This document shows positions 9,875-23,611 of a stretch of 64,000 bases of DNA, piece by piece. The translations under genes and the position numbers were made by a program. Numbering within the stretch: position 1 is the stretch's first letter; each line of letters starts with the position of its first letter. Below the pieces are notes generated by a model. The model was not told the DNA's origin. It did not search any database and was given only the letters and a program-made list of their open reading frames with translations. Source of the stretch: Lepidodermella squamata (taxonomy: Eukaryota > Animalia > Gastrotricha); NCBI GenBank assembly GCA_047495785.1, contig JBLDXI010000018.1:434001-498000 (forward strand), read 5' to 3'.

Positions 9875-12800
9875 CTAATTTTGTTTAACAGCCGCTGCTG
9901 CTGCTGCAGTTGCAGGGGTGCTGCAGTTGGCGATGATGGCCGGTGATGGCAGGGCGGCGGAGGCGGCGAGCACGGAGCGGTCCAGCTCGTAGACGACCTC
10001 GGCGAGGGTCTGCTGGACCTGGCGGTCGAGCACGCGCGACATGGACAGGTGCAGGAGGCGGTCGTCGAAGCGGCGGAAGCGCGCCCGATTCTCGTCGATG
10101 CGCGCCATCGCGAGCAGAATCAGCGCCGCGCGGTTCAGAATGTCCACCGAGATGTTGAGCGCGTCGTAGTTGGCGGATGACATCGACGACCACGCCATCG
10201 GGTTCGAGTTGAACGCCTGCAAAAAACACATTGATTAATCGATTTGAAACATTTTTCCAACATCTAGTCTAGTTCATCTGGTTTATCCGGTCAATCCCAG
10301 GATCCCGCCAATTCAATATACAAAAAAATGAAAATAATGCCATCATTTACTGACAATTCAAGCGTTCCCGGCTCCAAGTTTTAGGGTTCCAATGCTCCTT
10401 TTTTCGATGTTTTTCTTTTTCTTTACGGTCTCAAATTAAAAAGTTGAATTGAAAAATTGCTGAGCTAACAAATTGTTGGTCTTTTCCCATAAAAGATTCT
10501 GTCGAATAAAAAAGTGCTAGGTCGAATAATAAAGACTTACATGAGCGCACTGCTGCTCGGACTGTTCGAGGAAGGAGACGAGCAGAACGACGGCCATGGG
10601 GTTGAGGGCGAGGCAGCGCGCGACGCCGGCGTCCGCCTGGCTCAGCGCTGCCAGGAACACGACGACGAGTTCGCGCAGCACCTGGTCCGGCGCCGACGCC
10701 AGGCAGCCGAGGGCCGTCCACAGCGCCGCGACCAGTTGCGGCAGTGGTGGGCCGGCGATCAGGTGGTCGACGTTGCCGGGCCGCACCGTCAACTTGCACA
10801 GGGTCTCGAGCGCGAGGCGCTGCGGCGTCAGCATCGGGTCGTGCTGGTCCGGAAACGGGTCCGCCGCCTCCGCCGTCTCGCCCGTCAGCCACGCCAGCAA
10901 GTTGAGGCACAGCGGCCGTGCGATCTCGTCCGGCATCGCGCCCAGTTCGAACTCGCCCGCCACGTTCGTCAGCACCACCAGCACGTTCTCGTGCAAAGTT
11001 CCTATTCAAAACATAACACGACAAGATTATTCACAGTGGATAAGTGGACACTTGCAGCAATCAACAATTTAGGTTGACTTTCTCAAAAAGAAAAACAAGT
11101 GTAGTTAAAGCAGCTCGTTTACTAACCTAGTACTGGCAGCCACCAAGCCGAGTTGCAGGGCGCGAGGGGCTCGCAGCCGGGCGTCGACTCGCTGCCGTCC
11201 GGGCCGTCGTAGACCACGGCGCCGCCTGCATCCGCGTCGTTGCCGTCGTTGCTTCGATGAGTGTCGCCGCGTACGGCGTCTGACGCGACAAAGGGCTTGC
11301 GTGGCGACACGCCATCGTGGCGGCGCAGTGCCAGCAGGCGGTTGAAGATGTGCAGGAGGGGCCAGCAGCGGGCCATGACCGCGTCGTTGCCGGGGATCGA
11401 CGACAAGCTGCGCAGGATGTTCGACAGCACGACGCACCGCTCGGCGACGAGCCGCTCCGCCTCGACCGACGCCGCGTCGCCCGGCGCCAGCAGGTGCGCC
11501 CGCGGCAGGAACGACGGCCCGGGCAGCGCCGCGGCGACACTCGCGCGGATGGCCGACGCAATCGCCGACGTCAGGTCAGGCTCGATTTCTGGCATGGCAG
11601 ACGCCGCAGTCGCAGCAGCAGGGCTCGTTGCCTCGTTGCCATTCGTCGTCGTCGTCGCTTCTGTCGCTTTTTCTTCTTCAGCTGGTTGTTGCTGTGGTAG
11701 TTCTGCGGGTTCGACAACTTCCTCCTTAGTGGTAGCAAGCGCTGGTGAAGAAGCGGCGTGGCCGTTTTGAACAACCGATTTCGTCGCTGGCATCAACAAC
11801 CCATCGGCGATGTCGCCGCCATTCTGATGATTGCCATGGTGATGGTGGTTGTGATGGTGGCCGTTCAGCTTCGGCGTCGACGCCCGGCTGTTGTTGCCGT
11901 TCATTTTCGGCAGGTCGAGTTTCAACGCCGGCGATGCTTGCTGTTGCTGTTGCGGCTGAGTCACTGTCGTCGCAGCTGCTGCTGCTGCTGCAGGCGTAGT
12001 CGGCTTTGTCGAGTTCAACGACATGCGAGACTCGGCGGCGGCGTGGTGGCGACTGACGGCGTTCAACAACAACAACTTGGCGCGTTTCGCGTGTCTCGAT
12101 TTCACCGCCTTTTTCAACGCTTTCCGCCTGAACAGCGCCGAGCGATACGGCGCCGTCAGGTAGAACGCTGTCAAGGGGCAGCCGGCCGTGCCCAGCTTCA
12201 ACTGCTTCGCCGACGGCACGCTCGCCAGTTTCAGCACGTCGCAGTCGCGGTCGAGCGACTGCAGATTCGCCTCAACCTCGTCGCAGTTCTGGCTTTTCGA
12301 CGACAACGGCTGCCGCTGCTGCAAGTGCGTCGCTTCTTTCAAATCCGCGGACAGCAACTGCAGCGACGACGGCGGCGGCGGCGGACTCGCGCTATGGCCG
12401 TTTTGCTGCTGCTGCTGATGTTGATGTTGATGTTCTGGCTCGATTTTAACAGCCACGCCACGCCGCGTTCGCCACGTGTAGTTTTTGCGCTTCGGTCCGT
12501 TCAGCACGACGGTGCGGTCGTCGGGCCGCAAGTCGGCCGCCTTCGCCCGCAGCAGCATCAGCAACGCATGCGAGCCGCCCTTCACCTTGCCGTTCGACCC
12601 GCCGCCGTGCAGCCCATTGCCACCGCCGCCTAGCTTCTCTGCGATCTTCTCCATCAACTCGTCGGCAGCATCTTGAGCAACTCCTCGTGCCCTCATGCCC
12701 GTTGTTGTTGTTGTTGTTGTTGCTATCGACAGTGGGGATGCGGACAGCGACGTTGATGCAGACGTCGACAATGACGACGAAGACGTTACTAAAGTCTTGT

Positions 12801-15800
12801 CTAGTTGATGTTGCTGCTGATGTTGTAGCAAATCGGCGAGTGGCTCGCACATGAGCGACAGGGACGAGCGGAAAATGTCGGCGAGCATGTCGAGGAGGGA
12901 GGGCCAGCACGAGAGCGTGAAGAAGCCGGCGGCGTGGTCGTCGGCGAGCAGCACGTTCAGCACGTCGAGCGCCCAGTTCTGGTCGGCGACGAGCGACGTC
13001 TTCAGCGACATGACCACGCGCCACGGGTCGACGGGGCCGAGGTCGCGCGCCGTCATCTTGCGCCGCTTCACCGCCACCGGGCCCGCCGCCTCGACGCTCG
13101 ACGCCGGGAACAGCGGCGGAGCTTGCGGCTGTGGCGGCGGCGGGGCGATCGCCATTGCGGCGTGGTGCGCCATCATGCCCGTAGGACCACTCGAGCCAGG
13201 ACCGCCGCCGACTAGTTGGCTCAGCTGGTTGATATGCTGGTACGAGTTGACCGCCGATGACGGCGGCATCGACGGCGGGCCTTGCAGCAGCGAGTTGAGC
13301 TGACTCGCACCCGCTGACATGGGCGCCGGCGTCGACGGGGTCGAACCGCCGCCGCCGCCACTCGCCATCTGCTGCAGTTGCTGCTGTTGTTGTTGCTGTT
13401 CGCGCTTTTTCGCAGTCGCTGATTTGGCGGGTTTGCGCGGCGGCGTGTTCGTCGTCATCGGCGACTCGTGCTGCGACATCGAGTCGTTGTTCAGCGACAG
13501 CGCTGCGTTGTTGCTGTTAGCATTGTTATTCGCATTGCTATTGTTGTTATTGTTCGACGACGCCGAAATCGACGTCGGCAGCTGCAGGCCGGCGATGAAC
13601 GACGCCGAGTCGTTGAGGTCCATCGGCGTCGAGTCCGGGTTCTTCTTCTTGCCGCGCCGCGACTTGGCAGGCGGCGGCGGTGGCGACGAGCCGGGCGGTT
13701 TCGACGCCGAGCCAGGCGCCGCTTGTTGCTGCTGCTGCTGCTGTTGTTGTTGGTGGTAAATGTCTGCGCCGGGGGCGACGTGGCCCGGTCTCGCTGGCAT
13801 AAACATCGGGTTCGTCTGCGACTGCATCGGGCCACTGCCGACCGGTGGCGGGTACGGCTGGCCCGCCGAGTTCGGGTCCCCCGACGACGGGTATGGCGCA
13901 CCGTACGGCGGCCTCGCACCTCCAGGCATCATGCCCGGCTGTTGAGGCCCCTGCTGGCCAGGATACCCACCCGGTTGCTGTTGCTGCTGCTGCTGCATCA
14001 TGCCTAGATATGAAAAAAAGCAACGTTCAAGAAATGTCTTCAGAACAGCAAATGCAATAAGTATCTCCCACCCTCGCGATATAAAAAGTAACGAAAGCTA
14101 ACCTGGATACATGCCAGGATAAGGACCCGGTGGCCGAGGTGGCTGGCCGGGCATCGTTGGCGCCGGAGACATGTAACCATCCGGGCCATTCGCCAACGGT
14201 TGGTTGTTCGCCGCCGCCGCCGCATTCGGATCCATCATTCCAGGCGGTGCTTGTTGCTGCTGCTGCGGGCCTGGGTAGCCCGGGTAGCCTTGCGGCGGCA
14301 TGCCAGGCGCCATTTGAGCCTGTTGCTGCTGGTGGTGCATGGCGTAGCGTTGCTGTTGCTGAGTCATATCCGGCGCCTGGTAGCCAGGCTGGCCGGGTTG
14401 CTGCTGCTGCTGAGCTGGCATGTAAATGGGCCGTCCCATTTGGTCGTAGCCCATCATCTGCTGCTGCTGCTGCTGTGGTGGCTGGCCAGGGTACACGCCC
14501 GGCGGTTGTTGGCCAGGGTAGCCACTGCCAGGCTGCCCGCCGAAACCAGGTCGCGGTGGCGTTGGATAGCCGCCAGGTTGGCCCGGGTATTGCCCAGGCT
14601 GAGGCTGGCCGTACGGAGCTCCCTGTTGCGGACCTCCGTACGGGTACTGAGGACCACCGCCCATTCCACCAGGCTGCCCAGGGTAGCCTGTCTGACCCGG
14701 GTACATCATGGGCGGTTGCGGCGGCGGCGGTGGCTGCTGCTGCTGCTGGCCGAAGAGATTAGGCGTCGGCTCGGCTTTAGGTCGCGACATGGCATTATTG
14801 CCGCCAGTCATCGACATGTCATTATTATTGGTGCTGTTCAGGTCGGTGACACTGCTGCCGAGCTTCGACTTTTCCGCCTTGGTCTCCTTGCGCCGCTTCT
14901 CCTTCTTGGCCGCGTTCTGGAACTGGCGTTCCGCCTCGGCGACGCCCGCCCTCGGGTCGGCGTGCCCGCGGTCGAAGTGCAGCTCGTACGCCAGCAGGCA
15001 CTTGATGTAGTGCCGCCGCAGCGTGTAGCCCGTCGACGCCGACGTGTTCGCAATGGCGACCTGCGCAATCTCCTTCCACTTCTTCTCGTTGTTCACCTCC
15101 CAGAAGCCGCCGCGCTCCTTCACCGTCACGTACAACCGCCACAGATCAAGCAGTTGCTTGCAGCAGTGCGGCACGAACAGAAAAATCTTCAGCTCGTTCG
15201 TGTAGTACGCCTGCACCGCGTCGAGGAACTGCCGACGGTCTGGCTCGTCGCCAAAATCGTACAGCTTCTCCCACGGCTCGACGGGCTGCGCGAGCGGCGG
15301 CATCATGCACGGCGTGAGGCCGGGCGGGCACGGCGGCGACGGGTACACCGGCTTCTCCTTCTCCTCGAACGTCATCGACGACTGCTTCTTCGGCTTCTTG
15401 CTGCCGCCGCCACCGCCCCCGCCGCCGCCCGTCGATGACACGGGGCCGAAATCGCCGGAGAATTTCGACGACGAAGTCGGCGACAACGGCCCATCCGCCG
15501 ATTCGTCGATGCACGACGCGGGCGAGGCGACCGACGACGGCGACAACGGCGCCGCCAAGCTCGGTAAACTCGGCCGGCGTATCGAGTCGTCTTGCTGGTC
15601 CTGCCCCGCCTGTCCCGCCAAGTGGTCCATCGACGACGAGAGCGATGACGACTGCGACAACGGTCCGCCACCGCCGCCGCCGTACTGCTGACGGTTGACG
15701 GTGGGTTGTTGGTTGTTAAACGGCTGTTGCGAGTTAAATTGGCCTGGCGGCTGTGATCGGCTGTTCGGCGGACTCGGAAAGTCAGCCGACGAGGTTTGTG

Positions 15801-17992
15801 AAAGCGCTGCATGTTGTTGCTCGGCGGCAAGAGATTCCTTCTAAATAAGAAAGTAATGAGAAAACTGTGTTCAAATAATGCTGCTTTTTTTCGTTACCAT
15901 GTCAGACGAATGTTGTTGCGAGGAGGGGAAAGGCATTTGCTGCTGGCCATAGAAACCGCCAGGCTGAGTTGAAAGACTGTTGGGTGGTGGTTGTTGTTGG
16001 CCAAACGGCGGCCGCGGCTGGCCCTGTTGCTGCTGGCCCGGCGTTTGCGGCCGAGGAGGCAATCCGCCGACTGCTTGCTGTTGTTGCTGGCCCGGCGGCG
16101 CCATCATGCCGGGTTGACTAGACGGACCCGACGGTTGGTTCGATAGCTGTAAATAAAATTACAAAGCAACATATTAAAAAAGCAATCCAACTTTAGAGGC
16201 AAAAGCAGTTAAAGAGTTAGTAAAACCGAGAAACACCAACACCACCGCCATCACCACTGTTGCTTCTCAAAATGAGCCAAGTTGAGATTTTTGAAAATGC
16301 GCGACCCTTCCGCCTGATGCAATAAAAAAGTGCGCCTGCTAATTAAATAGTGTGCAGTTTAGCAGTTTTGTTGGGTTGTTTTCATAAGAAAAAGCGTCAC
16401 GATGTTTCAATCAGCCTCCTGCTAACCTCGAGCGTTGCAACGACATCGTCGTCGCAGCTCAACTCAGCCGCTAAAATGCTGGTCGTCGGCGTCGAGATCG
16501 GCACATCCTTTAATGTTATTATCATATTGGAATTTGGACAATAATTTTGAATGTTGCTCTTCAAAAGGCTGCTAAAATGAAATCGGAGAAAAACGGCGAA
16601 AACTTACAGGGAAAGACGATTGCTGTTGTTGTGGCGGCTGGTTGGGCCGTGGACCGCCGGCAGCTGACGGGTACGGTGAGCCGACGTTGGGCGACTGCGG
16701 CAACTGCTGCGGAGGTAGCATCGGCTGGCGAGGTTGCTGCCCGGGCTGGCCAGGCCGCTGGTAGTACGGGTCGTCGTAGCGAGGCTGGCCGTAGCCGTAA
16801 CCCGGCTGTGACGGGTACCGCTGCTGCCCATAGTACTGCTGCTGCTGCTGTTGTTGTTGCTGTTGTTGTTGCTGCTGCTGATGCATCATGTACTGTTGCT
16901 GCTGCTGCATGTACGCCGCATTGCCGTACTGCTGCTGCTGCGATGATGGATCTGCTGCCGAGGTGGGGCCGTTCGGTATCGAACCGGAGTCAGGCGACAT
17001 CATGCCGCCGTCCGGCCCTGTCGCCGACGTCGACGACGGGTCTTTCGAGGGGTCGTTCGGCTGCTGGGCGCCGTACGGTTGGCCGCCATAGCCGCCATAG
17101 CCAGGTGGTTGGCCGTACGGTTGAGGCTGCTGTTGTTGTTGAGGAGGAGGAGGAGCAGGAGGGTAGCCGTAGGGTGGTCGTTGTTGCTGCTGCTGCTGCG
17201 CGTACGCCTGTTGCTGGCCGTACATTTGCTGCTGAGAATAAGGCCCGTTCGAAGCCGGGTAACGAGGTTGTTGTTGCTGCTGCTGGCCGTAGCCAGTCGC
17301 CTGCTGTTGACCAGGATAGCCCTGTTGCTGGGCGCCGTAGCCTTGCGGCATGTAGCCCTGCGGAGGACCTTGCTGCTGAGGGTACCCGCCAGGATAGCCA
17401 GGCGGGACTCCACCACCGCCAGGCGCCATCATTCGATGCGGGTCGTAACCGCCCTAAAATATAACAATTTATTAAAATAATATTAAATCGTTATGCTAAA
17501 ATTTGAGTGAAAGGTTCAATGAAATGCATTAGCTTCAAGTCCCATTTTTCAGTTTAATGCCTCAATTGCGTCAAAATTGACGTAACAACTAAAGCAGACA
17601 GGCGGGCGAATTTTGAAAAACTAAAATAAGGGCAAAATCAATTTTCGCCAATTCTAGTACGCCGTCATTCCTCCGTAGCAACAAACAAAACTGAAACTAG
17701 AATTTACCATTTGTTGAGGCGGATACTGGCCGTAACCGCCAGGCTGTGGCCCTCTCGGTGGCTGGACTCCGCCGGCGGGTGAAGGCGATTGCAGCAGTTG
17801 ATTTAACACAGGTAATTGTCCCTGTTGCTGCTGGTTGGGCGTCGCTTTTCCCGACGGCTGCGTCGCGTACTGAGCGTAGCCCATCGCCTGCTGGTGGTAA
17901 TAATCACCGTTCGGTCCTCCACCGCCACCGCCACCACCGCCGCCTCCATTCATTCCACTGTGGTCTTGCTGCTGCTGTTGCTGCTGATCCAT
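9875..17992 (-). CDS. ARID1: ARID1A/B (osa, BAF250) SWI/SNF subunit; exons 17992-17708, 17453-16608, 16146-15898, 15840-14103, 14003-11127, 11001-10541, 10216-9875 (~2265 aa)
   Basis: ARID domain (LDLWRLYVTVKERGG...KKWKEIA...TLRRHYIKCLLAYE), DPWRVVMSLK..WALDVLNVLL, RCVVLSNILRSLS, PQRLALETLCKL (BAF250_C); exon total 6798 nt is divisible by 3. Confidence 0.93.
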
Positions 17993-20900
17993 TCAGTTTT
18001 TTTACAAGTTGTCGAAATCAACAGTCAGATAACACGTAGCATAGTATCGCAGTCGTCGTTCATCCGAAACTTTCTTCGTCTTTATCAATAAAAACGGTCG
18101 CCAAAAATAGCAACTGGTAGTGAAGTCAGTAATGATAATAAGAAACGTAAATCAGCACGCGTTTCAAACAGCTCAAAGGCTGCACTTCAGTTCTTCTATA
18201 TAAATTTTTTAAAATTATCTATAAAACGATAGACGAATAAAAATATGTCTGGGCAGCCAAAACGGGTTATAGATGATAACACAAGTTCGCATTTCAGCCA
18301 AAAGCGCGGACGCACTATCAATAAAACGCGTGTTCTCGTTAATTACTTTGCCGATTCTGCGGCGCATTTTTGCTGCTCCTATCGATGACTCTGACATGTA
18401 TCTACGTACAGGCGGATGGTGCAAAAACTTTTTTCCTCGTTTTCATCATCGGTCAACAAAACACGTGCCACGAATTGGTGGTGCGTGTGTGTGTTGCAAG
18501 TCGTCGCGTGTCCAGCAAAACGCAGCCAAAACAAGATGACGCCTTCGTGTAGTATTACGCCGCACCGCAACGACAACAAATAAAATAAAACGTTAACACC
18601 ACATGGCTCTACAATGTAAAAAAGACAGTCCCTAAAACTTGAAAAAAATCGACGTCGACAAAAAGATGCGATTTTCTCGCAAAAATCGGCAGCAAAAGTC
18701 GACATGTGATGAGTGGCCGTTTTTTGGGCCGGGTCGGCCCCGTGCCAAAAAGAGAGGGGCTCAACCACGTGGTGGCGTGGTGGTGGTTGGTGGTGGACCG
18801 CGGCGGCGGGTATATTTCTATACAATGCTTGTATAATAATAATAACACATCATCATCATCGCAATAGTCATAATAATAGGCGAGTACGCTGACGAGCAGC
18901 ACTATCGCGCAGCAAAAGCCAGCCAGCAACGCAGTAAAGGCCAGCGAGGAGTTTATAAAGCAACTGAAACACTCCGCCACCGCCGTCGCCGCCGTCGGAG
19001 AAAATTTTTCCCGCTTACTCTCTCTCTCTCGCGCGCGCCTCTCTCCGCCGTTCGCCGTTCGCAAGCAAGCGCAAATACTGCGCATACACATCACATACAC
19101 AAGTAAAGCATGCATGAAGCATGCAGATTTCGCCCTGCCTGCCTGCATATGTTCCATAGTCACCCTATAACTGTGCTTGCGTACTGTGTGATATATTATG
19201 GGATTTTTAACAACAAATAGAAACACGCCGTAACGCATGAAGCCCGAATGCGCCGCGACGGAGTTCGGCACACGCTCGATCCTTCTTAAATTTGCAGCCG
19301 CAGCCGCTAGCCAGCTATTGGCGCATCGGAAAATCTTGCAAAAAATTGCAAATCGTGTAGATTCGCTCCAATATTTAGCTGTAAAATTTCTAAAAAATTA
19401 GCAAATTTGGCTGCGACAGCAAAAATCGCCAAAGTTTGACGTTCGCTTAAAAACGCGCGTTTTCAGTTGTTGTGTGCGCACAAATAACAGCCTATTATGA
19501 AAGACGAGGCATGTGCAGTATGCGCCCCGACGGCAGTACTACACAGCGTAATGCCAGCGATCGGCCTTCCAAATAGAATAACATATTGCCTGCGTGTTGT
19601 GCTGCTCGCTCTCGCTGCTTTCGTCTCGTCGTGTGCTTACAGGGATGAATCGATAGCACACACACACACATAAAAGCTTGCTCTCACTCACTCGTTGCTG
19701 CACACACACACACATACACATAAAATACGAACTACGCGCGCGAATTATTATTATTTGTACTGTGCTGCTCGGTCAAGCTGCCGCTACGTGTGCCTACAGC
19801 ACATGCATATTCTACGAGCGAGCGACGGCGGCTGAGTGATGATTATTATGACGGAATATAACGAACCAACGCGAGCGAGCGAGCGAACGAGCGAGGCAGA
19901 GGCAGAGGCAGAGAGAGAGAGAGAGAGAACGGCGCTGTATGATGCATGGATGAAAAGGAAATAGACGAAAATGCTGCGCGGCGGCGGCGGCGGCTGCAGC
20001 AGCAACAACAGCCTGTCAGAGAGTAGTATAGTGCTGAGGCTGGCGCGTAGGCAAGCAGTAAGTAATCCAATGCCGTTATTTCATATAGCAGACGGGTGAC
20101 ACACAGCACATGTTAAGGGAAAAGCGGAGAGAAGAAGACCTTCGCCGCGATAACGCAGCAGTAATGATGCTGCAGATAATAATAGTAATAACAGCGCGAA
20201 TGAAGATAGCTAATAGCAATAATAGTAAAATTCGTGCCGACAAAAGTTATGTTTATCTGTTGACGAGCAAAAAAACCTGTACCGTACTAAATGCGAGGAA
20301 ATAAGCAGGACAGTATCCGCTGAAAGTAGCACTGAGTAAACATCGGCAAAATATAAAACGTACTTTATACTACTACCAGTTTCCCCAAGAAACCGCAGAG
20401 CAAACGAAAGAATCTTAGTCCCACAGGTCACGTACTAATCTGTTGTAACTGCGCCATTACTCATCGTTCAGTCACTTTTCATATTTTTCAGCCTTGAATC
20501 ATATCAAGTCATGGCACGAAAAGACAAATTCATATTTACCTGTCATAAAAAAGAAAACAAATCTCACCTTGAAAATTATACTCATTTTTATTCAAGCTGC
20601 ATTTATCGCAGATATTTAGCAGTGTTTTTTGGCTCTTATTTGCATCATCGTTGTCCTGGTTTTTTTCATATTATTATTTGCTTTTCAATCTCTCAGTCTT
20701 CAGAACAGGATTTTCCCCTTAATGAGTACGATACAATATGCGGAATATAAAATAGAAAAAAACAGACGGTCACTTTGAATACTGAGTAGTACCAGATAAT
20801 ACTACCTGTCGCTTTTTTGCGCTATCAGCCGCACGGCTACTATAAATGAGCGCTCACACGCGCTTTTTTGTTTTGCGGTCACGCCGGTAAAATAAATAAT

Positions 20901-21550
20901 TACTACAAGTATAGTACATGGGTATAGTAAAGTAACGCGATCTAATAATAAATAACTTGTGCGCTAATAAAAACCTGAAAACAGCAGCGCCTCCTACACT
21001 CAAGAGTATTACAATTACTATTACTACTACTGCTGCTACTACGAGGTAATATTTGTTCTGTTCATCTTATCTGCCATTCATTCATTCATTCATTCATTCA
21101 TAATAATACGTAAATAGCAGGCGTGATAAAAAAGCTAGCCAACAATTGTTTGTTTTTCCGTGTAATGTAAAATTACTGCTGTAATCGATCGATACAGGAA
21201 AAAATTGAACGTCATCCAATTCACAACACTATTATACACAGTTCAATCATGCAAATCGCACCACTCCGTTTATTAGCTCAATAAATCATGACGGAGGACG
21301 GATGACGGACGGTCCCAAAATAAAAGAAAATCAATAATAATAAGTCTGGTCGAGGGGCGAAAATATAACATAAACCGCGCCCCCTCTCATGTTATTCTCC
21401 ATCTCACAAACCTCAATCCTTCGCACTGCAAGTTTTTTTTTCGAAATTGTAAAATTATTGCTGCAGATCAAAAACACGGAGGAAACTCTGTGCAAACATT
21501 GTTTGAAATTATTTAGGCCGGCTTTTTGTTACCCATGGTGTGTGAAAATA

Positions 21551-21730
21551 CAGGGTGGCCAAAAAATTGGGCAGAAGGCGAATTCGATGCGTATCATTTT
21601 AATGAGGAGTATTAAGAAGTTCAAGAATTTTAAGTATTCTTTTGCCAATGGAACTCCTCAATTTCTTGAAACTGCTCATTAAATTGATGCGCATCGAATA
21701 CGCCTTCTGCAAAATTTTTTGGCCACCCTG
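21551..21730. mobile_element. Tc1/mariner-type MITE (180 bp)
   Basis: ~70-bp imperfect TIRs starting CAGGGTGGCCAAAAAATT, flanked by TA on both sides (21549-50, 21731-32). Confidence 0.9.
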
Positions 21731-23611
21731 TATATACATTTTATTGTTATAAACAACAAAAGCCCGCTGTTATTTATAAATAACAGTTGCCATAACGACA
21801 CTGGAGTAACTAGAATTTCCTTTGGATATGTGTTTTAAGGTTTCGGATTATTTTCATTTAACAGGTTCGTAGAGGAAAGAATTAAAAATCTTGCTGCTGC
21901 GATAGGCTATTTCCGAAAGGATTCGATGGATGGTCGGTTTGCCGATTCCTAAATTGCGCAATGCGTCCACCGCCGGCTTGCAAATCGAGGCGCGAGATCC
22001 GAAATATAACCCCAGGTGTTGTCCATTTGTTGGATTTTTTCTGCTTTTTTGAATTTATCAACAAGGTTCCCTTCTCCATTCACTTACCTTTGGCGATCCC
22101 AAAATGGAAATTTTACCCCTACCGAATTTTTTCTTTTCTATATATCGTTTTTAAGTGGATGAATGCTCAAATGGATGCTAAAAATTCCAAAATTTCGCGT
22201 CCAAGTGATCAAATATCTCCCGATTTACATCCATTTTTCAATTTAAGAAACTGTTTATATTTCATGAACTGGGCTCCAATGAACTGGGCTCCAAGCCACA
22301 TTTTCAGCATTACCAGTCGAATACAAGGCCACGCTAGCGAAGCGACCTATGACCTATTGGCTGACCTATTTTTGAAGATTATTCTGGACGAGCGACGAAA
22401 TCATGAGCTAAATCTCTTTAATTTTTCAGTTCTATCAAAATCATCAGGCGATCCCCCGGAACCCACGGAAATAGGGCCCCCTGCAGGGATCGGGTCTCCC
22501 AATTCCTCCCAATTCCAAGTCCTGTATTAGGTACAGGTAGACTCCCAAACATGTCCCAAACAGCTCAGACTAGGTGTTTATTACGAAGCAATAAAGCGTT
22601 TGATTGTCAACTAGGTAATGGAAGTATGTATTTGCTGTCTCGTTTGCGACTGATCCACGATAAAGAGTTTGATTGACGACGCATCAGCTGACTGACCTTC
22701 AGTTGCGTGTGAAATCGCAGTTTCGAAATCGTGAACAACTACGCCATTTTTCTCGTTGCATATTCGTGTTTAGTGTTTAGTTTAATCTGCATGCTGCAAG
22801 TCATTGCTTTTTTCAGCACAACCTAAAATTGCTGAGATTTTCAGACGAAGTATCACGTTCCAGCCCGCAATTTCCCGTATCTTGTTTCCGTTTTTCCTAT
22901 CTTAGCAGAATTGTCCATTGACACAGCTTGGCTTCACTCTGATTTCGCCCCCATTCGACATGGAAGCCAGCTAACCGTCGATCTACCTCGACCTTGATAA
23001 AGTATTATATTTACAAATATGTTAAAATATTGGTGTGAAGCGAAACATTGAATAAGGTGCGTCGAAGCGCTTTTTCATTGAATTTCCTTCCCTCTGTAGG
23101 GATAAATACCAAGCACGATAATACAGGGGTATGTTCAGTGAACACAGTGCAGCGACCAGTGAAACATGTTGCAAGCGACGTCGAAGTGCCCCTTTATGCG
23201 TTATAACGGGCGTAATCCGAGCAATAATTGCTCAGTTCAGTGATGGGCCCTGTACCTTCGGAATGTTAAAACGGATATTTTCCATTAACGATCTCAATGC
23301 GTGCGTGCATCACATGGATCTGGTTTCAGCTCTCAAACTGTATGCTCTGTTTTCAATGTAGAAACAGTACCGCTGCGGATAGGCTAAACCTGCTCAACAA
23401 CCCCAATGAAATGAATCGATATTATTTAAGTCAGTGTAGGCCATGTATTTATTAACATTTTTGAGCTTAAAATACAACATATCAGCAGTTATTTTGCACA
23501 CATCGAGTTTTCTGTAAGAAAGCTTCAGTGACGGCTTCTGGAAGCCACACATCAACAACAAATAGTATTTATTGGTAGACATTACGATGATGAGCAATTT
23601 TCTATTGCGAA

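Noticed and set aside
9885-17480. Many long overlapping and antisense ORFs across ARID1 (also across WDR46, SPT16 and CDK9)
   Set aside because: Expected shadows of high-GC3 and CAG/CCG-repeat coding sequence, which depletes stops in other frames; products are low-complexity with no recognisable domain
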